64,000 bases of DNA from contig CM119375.1 in the NCBI GenBank assembly GCA_051294905.1, forward strand, positions 26,288,001 to 26,352,000, in the 5' to 3' direction. The translations under genes and the position numbers were made by a program. The notes under the pieces are model-generated. The model saw only the letters and a list, made by a program, of their open reading frames with translations, was not told the DNA's origin and did no database searches. This DNA comes from Botryllus schlosseri (taxonomy: Eukaryota). Each line of letters opens with the position of its first letter. The stretch's first letter is position 1. Of this stretch, positions 40,201 to 52,200 are shown one piece after another.

Positions 40201-43200
40201 GCCACGCGCGCGTTCAGCAAACAATGAATGACCTAATTTCGCTTGCGTGCAAACGGCAAACCAACTCAGCAGGAGATTGCGTACTGTGCAGACGACTCTC
40301 GCTAATTGGCAACACGCTTTTTGCTAATTGGTAGCGCACGTTACACTGATAATACGAATTACTGAGCACGACGGCTGAAAGTGATACGCGATTGGAAACA
40401 AACATGAAGAAAGGTGTGATTTCAAGTTTTTTATCAAGGGAGATTTTTTTCAAGCGTGTTGTTCCCATGTATGATACGCACCCCACCGATTTTAGGGCAA
40501 AAAATCGTGAAAATTTTGCGGATTATACATGGAAAATTATGGTAGTTGCGGGGTTTGAAAAGAGAATAGTTGTAGTTGAGGGGTTCGGAAAGTGAGTAGT
40601 TCTAGCGCAAGTTTTCGTTCCAGGGTTTGAGAAGTGAGTAGTTCTAGTTGCGAGTTTTGAAAATTGAATAGTTCTAGTTCTAATCGCAAGTTTTAAAAAG
40701 TGTGTTTGCGTAGTTTTTGTTTTAGGTTTTTGAAAATCCAGTAGTTAGTAGGCCTACAAGTTCGCAGTGCTGCGTGCACCCACCACCGCATCTTTCACAC
40801 AATCGAACGCGCCGATCACGGAAGCTTTGAGGGAGATCTTCTCGTCGAAACGCCGGGTCTTGATATCGAACACTCCGAGATCGCAAACACCCAAGGGGCA
40901 TTTTTCACGGCTGGCGGCCAAGTACAAATCGTAAAGCACCTGAAATAAGATTTCAAATTGACAGGGATATGATTTGAGGATTCGAACTGAAATTCGGTCA
41001 CAATTGTAGCAATTCAAGTCGAGTAATGATGAATGATTTTTTCGACAACTGGAATCATACGCTTCTTGCCATTAAGAATTGATTTATCAACAAAAATTAT
41101 GGTTTCGACACTTTTTTCCACTTTGTAAAGCTATAAACCTCGATTGGCCGTACCGCAGCATACAAAATATGTAGTACAAGGCTACATATGTTAGCGGAAA
41201 TAACATATCTGCGCAACCGTGATCAAACCCAAAAGTGCAATGTAATAGGTATTGTTGACAAAATACCAAATAATCGTTATTTCACCCAGTGCATTATATT
41301 CTTTGCAGACGCCGAAAAGGTGGATTTTTGACTTTCCACTCAAATCCTAACACTCGATTTTACTTGGCCCTGGTCACTACACTCGAATCATCCATCAAAA
41401 ATAATGCTTGATTTGAGTATTCCAATCAGTGTACCCTACATACCACGTAACGCCTGCATATGTATAAACACAATAGTCACCTTCTCTTTGGTGGTGAGTC
41501 CAGTCACTAAGGCACTGTCGGAATGTAAAAGCGACAAGCCCCCGGCAGAAGCACCACCTTCATTTAAACCTGCTCCGTTCAATGCAAACCCTCCGGAAAT
41601 CGAGGCACTTTCTCCATTGCTTGATGAGCTAGCCAATGCGCCGTCAGACCCAGCAATGGCTCCCGCCCCACCAGCTATATCATTTTGATAAGCTTGTTCA
41701 AATGCGGAAACCCACGCGCTATCGCTCCATATAGATCCGCCTGCAGCACTGCCAACAGAGCCGGCCGCCGTTTCGTTGAGTGTGTAAGTGTACCAAGGGC
41801 AGAGGATGTCTGTGCTGGGATTGCCAGTAACAAGTTCTTGCTGCCCTGTGGATAACAGGAAAGGATTTAAAATCAAGTCTCACCAGACTTATAATGAAGT
41901 TGTCTAATTAGAATGATTAAAGCAAAATGCTGGTAATCTAATTGTAATTTGTAAAATGTTTCTATGCTCTCATTTTACTTGTGATTTAATTTCAGGTTTT
42001 CTTGAAAATAATACAGAAAAACTGTATAGTGCAAAACGAACCAAGCCTGGTGCACAGACACTTCCTGTTCTCGTGCTTATGAGAATGAGTTCCAATTTGG
42101 CATGAGCTGAACGTTATATTTCTTTCTAATTCGGATATTAAAGGGGCACTGCACTCTAAGATTATGTGGTCTCGAATTGACGGGCAAAACGAAAGGAAAA
42201 TTTTGGCCGCAGCCGTTTTCTTTAGAACGCCACCGTAATGGAGCTGCAATTTATTGAAATTTTGATAGCAGCTTCACGCTCCAGCAGTCACGCAGTGATC
42301 GAACTTTATATAGTTGTCAGCCGATGCTATGAAGGAAATATGTCGTACACGCCCTATGTCCTAAGGAAATAGAATACACTAGGCCCGATTTTGACATAAA
42401 TCTCCTGACTGAACATCTTCCGATGAACGCGGTATCTAAACCACCTTGGCGTGTACCACATATTTCCTTCATAACATCGGCTGACAACGATCTAAAGTTT
42501 GATCTCTGCGTTTTGCCCTTCAATTTGAGACCACATCATTTTTAGAGTGCAGTGCCCCTTTAATGTAATTTCCAAGTTTTTGTGCATTCCATACTTATAA
42601 ATTCAATCTAATTGGAAAAAAGCTGAATATATTCTAGTCATGCCTCGACCAAAAAGCAGTCGATAATTTACAAGTCAAATATTATAGCAACCTTATTCGT
42701 TTCAAACATTTCACTTAAATGTGACTTGGGACTATCCCGTATTGCTGCGCAACACAGCTTCAGTCTGATAATCAATCGCAAAACTATTGACAATTTTGAG
42801 AAGGCGCTTTGAAACTCAAAGTTTGAAACAACTCAGAAATTAGGCCTAATTTTTAGCTTTAAATCGTTCTGGTAATCCACACTTCTTCAGTAAGCCTGCC
42901 AAGTATTTGCATATGGCACGATGGAGAAGAAGCCAATTGATCAAAGTCTTATGGTAACTCGCGCAAAACGCCAGCAAATCTACACGTCAATTTATCTGAA
43001 TAATGAGACAGGGTTAGGGGGAAGGGGTAACCAATGATTTACCAGAGATTTTCTTGTAGGCTTCCTCGACCAATGCGACAACGTTTGAAGAATCGGTGCC
43101 CAGAACGCCCGAAGTAGACCCCTTGAAATATTCGTTGGAGATTCTCTATAAAATGAAATTGATTGATTATAATAAACATTTGGCACATTTGTATAATACC

Positions 43201-46200
43201 CGAGATGGAATAGCCAGTGTACAGCACATTGAGGAGTCGTGTCATAAAACACTGCGACAGTATACCTTTGGATATAGCACTCATGACTCAAAATAATATA
43301 AAAGTTATTTTAAACTAAGATCCTATATAATCATGTATAAATTTCTACATAAATATCAAGAAAAGGATTTCAAGATGTTAGTGCAACTATGCAACAGGTT
43401 ATGAAATATAATTTTATCAGAATTGTAACATTTAACTAGAAAATTACAATTTCACAGCATAATTTTGAGACTTTTTTGTAGCATCACACTACGACTAGAG
43501 CACATTATCGGTAGATACCTTAATTACAGTGATTGGTGAGTACGAGCAAACAAAGGTAAAAAGGGATCACATGGTATCCGTGTTTTTACTTTACAACTTG
43601 TGGAAAAAATGGGCTATCAAAAAATCCCTCTTTTTCGAAACAAAAGCAAATGTAAGTTGGAATAGTTTTCCTTGCCTAGTTGCATCCTCATAAAGCAATA
43701 ATATTCTAGGATCATGCTACCTCATAAAGATCCGCGTAGACTTTTTTTACAGCGAAGATTGGAGTAATCGAGTTGCGTTCGACAGCTTGCACCACCTGGC
43801 TAATCGACGGATAATCCTGTTCTTCCGCTTTAGTGTACCTTTCAGAGCAAATTAAGTACATATCATTACATGGATAGGCAAAATATCAAAATATTAATCA
43901 ATCGCTGAGTCAAAATACCCTGCTAGTGAAGTGCTTCTGAAATGAATACACCAGATAGGCCTATATCAGGAAATATTGAATATACAATTGGAGTCAACTA
44001 ATTCAACTTATGTCAAAACCAAATTGTCCATGACAAGGGAGTATCAGCGTAATGATGCCAAAACCAGTATGTAATACTATATACTATGCGCATGCACAAT
44101 CAGAGCTGTTCAAAAATAACTTGTTGTTCGGTTGCCTAAAAAAACGCTGCACACCATTTTGGCTCAATTCCAACCTATCGAAATCATTGCTATAAGGAAA
44201 AAGGTTTTAAATTTATCTAATAAAAATAAGTATAACATTTTTTCGATTTTTATCGGCTAGTGGATACCCCATGCAATTGTCAGGTTGTCAGTAAAAACGA
44301 TGCACAACAAATTTGGCTCAATTCCAACCTATACAAGCGAACTCAGTGTTGTTCAAAATTTAGGATTACAAATCATAGTATTTACGGTGGGTAGATCTAT
44401 CATAAACATTCAGAGAATTTGACACTTCAATACTATTTTTTTTCAAATTCAAAATTTTCTACTTAAATAACTTTGCTTCTGCTGGTTGGAGCTGGGCCAA
44501 AATTGGTGTGCAGAGTTTTTTTAGGCAACCCAAGAATTCTACCAAGAAGTAAAATTTGAAAAACAAATTTATTTTTGAACAGCCCTACTGGCACATTGCA
44601 CAATGCACGTTTACCACATATCGTAACAATGACTTAAAAGAAAATGTGGTAGTGATGTGGTAGTCTTACTGACCATTTGATCAGCCTTAAGCTACCTAAC
44701 CATCTTACATAGTAGGTCTAGGCACTGGGATTAATGTGAATTTTAAATTCAAATCCTAGTCGAGTATTGAATAAAAGAATTCGAGTCCAGTATTGACAAT
44801 TGACTTTTTGGCACCATTGAGCACCAAAATTTCGACAATAAATTATTAATTATTAAATGAAACCTATCATTAACTGTTTCTCAACACCGAGAAGCAATGA
44901 AAACTTGGTTTTCTGGTGTCAAATATTATATGGACTGTAGCATAAGATAATCCCATCAACATTTCTATATTTGCAGAATAGGGTTCCCTTTATTTCAGTA
45001 GGCTATTTAAGAATAGCTGAGAACCATTTTTTAAACATTAATATGTATCCTGATTATAATAAGTGATTGCATGTTTCAGGATACATCCACATCATTATTT
45101 GATAATCTTACACTTTTCAGAAAGTCAGGTTATGTTCCTACTCATGACAATCAAGTAAATAAACGTTAATGTAATCTTGCACCAAAAGATCTGCGTGAAT
45201 AGCATTCTACACAAAAATGTAAGCCAGCCTTTGCCAACCACCATAGTAACTATGTACTATGCACGCATCTATCAGCAAAAGAAAATATATTGGCATTAGT
45301 AGATATACAAAACTGCAATAACACAACACCAAGAGTGATATGACATCTGCACTTGAAAAAAAATCAGAAAATAGTTGGAGATAACGGGCCGCACATTGCC
45401 TAGAGGCCTGACGTGGTGTCTTCTACCGTGGCAAAAATGTGCAAATCCAGCTTAGTGTATACAAAGAGAGCATGTAGTCTGTCATGAATGAAACTAGTCA
45501 ATATCGATCTTGAGACAGACAAAAAGAAAACATTGTCTGTTATGAATAAACAGATTTTAACGTAGCAGACTCCAAAGAAGCTTATATTACTAGAATTGTA
45601 TTTTAATACCTTGACACTGGAGGCAGGCACATAGACCTCGATTAATCTGACTTTGATTCATGACCACAAAAAGAGTGAAATTGACTTTGTCATCAACTTT
45701 TGAATATATATTGCTTGAACTACTCATTGAAAGGTTTTGTTATATTCCTCCTTCCAACACTCTTGGTCAATAATTATTTCAACTCCACAATGGTGTTTTG
45801 ATGGCAAGTCGTTATCAACAGTTCATTACTCTATGAACAGACTTGTACAAACTTCTGGTTTTTCAAAATGAGCAACTAGAACTAGAACTAACGACCATTA
45901 AAAATGTGCGACCAACTATATAAAATAGATTAGACTAGATTCTATTCCGAACCAACTCAATCATTTTTTATTTTATCGGAAGCGGGTTGGTTTTCAGCAT
46001 GAACATCAGTACAAGTTTATATGAGGGGGTTTCGACCCGCAAAACCTACCACTTGGCTAAAACACTGATAGTAGTGATGACTTTGAGCTAGCAATCACAC
46101 AACAGAACACCAGTATCACGATTCACACCGAACGACATGACGTGAGTTAATATTATGTTATTTGGGGTTCCCCAAGTTAATACAGGTTAACAACCACTCA

Positions 46201-49200
46201 TATATATATAATGTAAAGTCATAGCATGAAAACATAAAGATCTATCCATCATAAACTCCAAGTTCGAATACTCACACTCCGGCGGAGTTGGTGTGGCACT
46301 GTCCGTCATTCTTTTTCACAATTCCTGACAGGAGTCCGGCACCATCGTCGGCATAGTGGAAAGCTGATTCCGTAGCTATCATGAGAAGTCGTAATGCGTC
46401 GTTACGCCAGCCGACCAAATTCTAAAAGCATAAAACCTATTAAAGTCTCTTAATCCTACTGTCAAACTGCGCTCGTGGTAAATTCCAGAAGAATCGAAAA
46501 TACAATGTGTACTGTGAAGGTGAAAAATTGAGATTACCGAAGGGCGGTAATATCAAAGTATCCAAGCAAATGACATCATTAAACCAATATGCATAAAACT
46601 GGTACATAAATTTGGTACAATTTGGAAATTCCAGTGTATGGTTTGGGAGTCGTTGATTCATTTTTTTACTCCTGAGATGAGATTATGTTTCAACTTTACT
46701 CCAGAAATACCAAGAGGCTTCGAACTATGCATAAGACAGCCGAGTTCAAACGATGAATCTAACTTTGCGAATGAGCCAAATTTAAATTTGTGATCCGGCC
46801 TTGGACTCACAACAATGCGATCAGTGATTAAGTTGAGAATCTTCCCGATAGATACAACTTCTCACTTGAAACTCTTATTTTAATTTAAGAAGAGAAGATG
46901 TAGTTCATTATTTCTATTGGGTGCAAGGAGAATTTCATTATCAGGTACAATATGAATCGCCAACAAAGCCTATATCAAAATAATACTCCTAATTTGTATA
47001 GCTTTTAATTATTGGTCGTAATTTGAAAATATGCCGCACATAAACGTTGCTGAATTTACAATAAAAATTCAGCTGATTAATTCCAGCCCAACATGCATAC
47101 TTGGAGTGCCAGAAACACAACATTTCACATCTTCACCAAGATACGAATTAATATAGTCCACACTCACACGGCAATCTAACAGCACTGAAGACCCTATTAC
47201 CAGTATTAATTGTAGGAATGAACAGCGGTGGCATCATTGTACAATGTACAGTACAGGTCAATATATTTTAACAGCAGTTGGCCAACAGCACTATAACACT
47301 TTTTAAATACTGTGTTGGTTCCAAGCGAAACACATACTTGGCATTTAACAACTTGCAGCATGGCGTCCAATGCTCCTTCCGGTGGATCGAGATTTCCAGA
47401 TACAGTTTCATTTCTCAGCGTATCCTCAAACTTAGATACATCAGGTGTCAACGGAATAACGTTCTTGAACAGAAACGGTGCGTCTGTGTAATTTTTGTAT
47501 GGATGTTGCAGCCTGTAAGAAAATACACAGGTCAAGCAGAATAGACTAGCACAAATTACCAATCTTGTTACTTGGCCCACTAACCACTGTTTTTTTTTTA
47601 GTAGTTCTAGGTCTAGTTCTAGTTGCAGATTTTGAAAAGTGAGTAGTTCTAATTCTTGTTTTAGTTCTAGTTGCACATTTTAAAACGAATTCAACTAGAA
47701 AACATGGGTGTCCGGTCAATACCTAGAAAACCGTTACCGAGAATGACATTACCGAGAATGGACACCACTGAGAATGGACATTACAGAGAATGCAATGTAG
47801 TCAATGCAGGCATGTTATGCATGTTCAGGTCATCACGGCGTTGCCACATTCAGTGTCGATGCTCGGATATAAATTTCTCGACAATGTCCATCCCAGGAAG
47901 TTAGATTCTCGACATTGACCATTCTCGGTAATGGTTTCTTCGGTATTGGTATAGAACCAAAAACATGTGCCATTGTTTGGCAAGAATCGGTGTACCGGTG
48001 TTCTGTAGTGTGAATTTCTTGCAGTTGAGTCAAAACTACGAACAGTGGCGTAGTCAGGGGTGGGTGTTGGGGGTTGGAACCTCTTGCATTACAAACTCAA
48101 ATCCATGTCTTTCTGAAATGACGAATCTATCTCCAATATTCCTTAGCTCATTTGCCATTCAGTAACATTCATTATCAGTTATTGGTTGGTTGTGTTTTAG
48201 TTAGTTAGTCGCAGATTAGATGATAGTTCTAGTTCTAGCAGTGCATTTTGAAAATCCAGTAGTTTGTCCAAGTCTGAAGCAAAAACATCTCTCCTGGATA
48301 GCTGGAGTTGATGTAATCCAATATTTTAAGTGACAATAACACTTTCGCAGTAAAACTATCCATCCAATGTAAATACGGCACCAAAACTACAACAGATACT
48401 TGAGAGGACTCTTCAAATATTGACAGTATCATGATTAGTGTGTCATTTTCACTCAGTAACACTAATAATAAACATGCAGGATAGAACATATCTACACTCT
48501 GAGAATGTTTCAGTAGTGTTGTGTTGTCATTCTGCTGTTTTATACCTGATATGGTCGCTGTTATGCCATAATTGTAATCGAGTGTGTATACTTATGATTA
48601 TAACGTCCCAAGGATAAAATTATTTCGATATTTTGAATTTGGTTAACCGCAATTAAGGATGAGAATCGGTCGAAAAACTTGAAGTGGAATAAATTGGCAA
48701 TATGAAGATATTGTTTGTTGCTATATTGAAGTTGTGTACGTTCTAGCAGCCGACTATTCCATAGTGGCGACTTGTAAAGTGTTTCTAAATTTGCCCAAAT
48801 ACATAAAAGTACAGAAAGATCATCCTAATTTTATATCACGGTGAGGTACATTAGACTAGCTGTGATAATACATAAATTTGCAAGTATCCAGTAGCATAGA
48901 ACTTTGGAACTCACCGGTAGGGCGTCATTTGCGTCATGGGGGACTGAACTTTGTCAACAAACTTTCCGAATCCAAGTCTCACCGAGTCTTTCAGGCTGTC
49001 ATCGCCAGCGGCGGCATTCGTCAATTCGTTGAGTTTTTTCACTGCATAAATAATGTCAATACTGTTACCAGTGAATTTGGAATTTGGTGAATTTGGCATT
49101 AGAAATGTAATAACTACTATTATTATGAAGGCGATTCAGCAATATTGTATTAATAAATTCGAAAATGAATGTTTCACTGAATACAGGGCAAATAAAATGA

Positions 49201-52200
49201 ATTCTCAGATATGCCACTGCATGTTAATTTGGGACTTGTCATTTGGTATGTATTAACGTATTTGGGTTAGAGCTTAGATTAGGGTTCGGGTTAGGGATGA
49301 GGGACTTTAGCCGTGGTTCTCAACCAGGTGTCCGCGGACCCCTAGGGATCAGTAAACCCCTTAAATTTACAGAATAGCTGATAACCTAATTTGTTTATAT
49401 TTTAAATTAGAGAAATCATGAGGCAGTTTCGCTTGAAAACTGCTAAAACTCCATAACTCACATAAACAGAATGGCCTGAGATGAATTATTCTACTATGAT
49501 ATTAATAGTTAAATTGCCAATAGCCTACTGATACAAACATGTTGTTGTTTAGAGATGTTTTGGTGGGGTATTGGAAAAAAATTGTTTGCAAAAATCCAGT
49601 TTCTCCTGACCTGTGATATACATAACAGCTTTTCCAGAATAACTTCAAGATGAGCTGCTAGATAGAAATGACTACTCCGAACGTTTATGTTCACAAAAAA
49701 GCTGTTTCTCAATTTTGTTGTCATAAATGTTGCGATCATTCCCAGAGGTGTCGTCGGAGGCGTTGCGCGTTATCACATTCGCCACCACCTATCTTTGTGG
49801 AAATAGATTTTGAGCACACATTCATATCAAATAGACAGCACGGAAATTCAAGACACGACCGCACACCACATATTTCAAGAAATTTCTCTAGATAATTCGC
49901 ATTGAAATATTAAAAGACTTCCCAATACCTACATTAATAGTAGGTTATGATGTCATTTTCGAGAATGGTCATGGTCATTCTGTTGCTGTTTATCACTATC
50001 CTGCAGTTGATATTTGCACAGGACATATGACGGTTGCACGATAATAGCGCTAAATTTGAAGTGCAAATTTTGGGGTCCGCGGGGGTCCATGACGGTCCAA
50101 ACGGAGTCCGCGAAGACAAAAAGATTGACAGCCACTGGACTATGGTTACGCGTGAGGGTTGGGGTAGGTTAGGATTAGGATCTAGGTTCGTCAAGTGCCA
50201 AATTCAGCGGTAACCATCATAACTACGAATTTTTAACTAGCAAAATTATACAAACATCCCATGCAGCTCATCAACCGACAAACAAGGTTATCTATGTTAG
50301 CAATCTTAGCATTACTCAGAACCTGCATGAGATAAGCTAAATCCCACAACCAGGATGATGGATGTACTGATACCCTGTACAGTACAGTATAATCTAGGAC
50401 AGTGGTTCTTAACCTGCTGGCCACAGACCTGTTTGGAAAATTATGAAGATGGTTATCAGATTAGTCTTATCATTACAGCAAAGGAATCAAAAATCACAAA
50501 TTTAGTCAACATTTTCGACTCAGGGTGTAGGTGTGTGTCTGTGACGTAATAATAGCGAATAAACAAGTTAGGTGATGGCATATAACAATCCATCATTAAT
50601 AGCAACGGGACGGAATTTATTCTCTTCTTAGACACCCGCACAATATTCAGGCAATTGCAACATGACCACTAGGGTTGTCCAAAATTTGAAAAATTTCGAA
50701 AATGCTGCGTTGTAATGTCTTATTCTATAGATTATTGATTAAAAACATCAACAAGCCTGAAAGAAGCTCTCAGGAACGTCGTTAAGATTTCTTACAAAGC
50801 GTTTGAAAGTAGCCGTCTGCATGTGGGCGGGGAATCGATGAAGTGGGCGGGCAATCACGAACCTAGAATTTTGATTGGTTGGAACCTGTAATAATAAGCT
50901 ACTGATTGGCTGAAATACTGATTTTGTGATCATTGCTGGTCACGATTTCGTTCTACTCTGTTGTGTTGGTTTGCAGCCATTTCTGTTCGTGGCATTGGCG
51001 ATATGGTAAATTGACGTTGTTAATGCTGCCATCGACAACAGCATAACGATCCAGTAATATATTTTCTACCTGAACACTGTGTATAACAGTTTTGTTACTT
51101 CTTGCACAGGAGCTTGGCCAATTAAGATAAGAATGAACTAGATGCATGCATCGTGCTACCTTCGAGCCTTCTAAAACATACCAGTTGACAACGACTGTAA
51201 CTCATAAATTGCAAACCAGTAGTCAATTTCTCCTTATGGCTTGTTATGGTAAGTCGACGTCTCTCTCTAAAACGAACGCATATTACACTTTTTATTCAAG
51301 ATTTAACAAAGGCAAAAATGCTATTTACAAAAGGCATCATTAAAAAGTATATCGCAGGGTCAGTGTTGCAGATCACTGGCCTTTGATAAGAGTAGACTTC
51401 CTGCTGTCTCCAAAAATCTTCCTATGCTGTTCCACAGCTTGAAGCAAACTGTCTCTTTGCTGTTCATTGTCAGTCAAGATTGCAGCATAGTCTGTGCTTA
51501 GCTTGACACCTCTTTCTGCGGCATCATTAACGACTTTGACAGAACTAACGTAGCAATTCATTTTATTGAATGAATCTGAAAAGTGCCAATCATCAACCGG
51601 TTGACGCAGCCAATCCCCAGAGCATTCAAAAACTTCAAATATGTACCACGACTGGGGCCCAATAAGGTCAGACAACGTACTGTCCTTGTTGATCTGTATA
51701 GTTGCATTCAATGAGGGTGGGCCCCTTCTGAAACTGGAAGTTCGCTCTACTTGCAGGAGCGCCTTTGCCATATTTTCCCGGGTTTCCTTGCTTTCCGTCG
51801 GTGAAAACAAGGCGTATACAGCGGTTTCCTCAACAATATACCAGTCGTGCTTCAAAAGCTTTCGTGAAGCAGCTGTGGAAACTTGCTCATCATATTCCTT
51901 ATAACTCAACATGTGCTGAACGAATCTCAAGTCATTACCAGCTGCATCACGACCAATGCTTGAATCCACCCACGCAGGGATATAAAAGAGAACCAAAAAT
52001 AAATTGAAGCGGCGCAGCAGTTCAACTTCTTCAGATTTGTAATCTAATTGGTCGGCCCACATGAACATCTTTTGAGCATACAGAATTGTACCCATCCATC
52101 TCGCATGGTGTGCTGCACCAGGTTTGTGATGACGTATATCTTCATCTGCACCGAGAAGAGCAAGAGCATTAGTCACACATTGCTTGTAGTCATCCCGTGT

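Noticed and set aside
49255-50195. TTAGGG-like motifs as interstitial telomere
   Set aside because: Only a few degenerate units are present, embedded in dispersed repeats.
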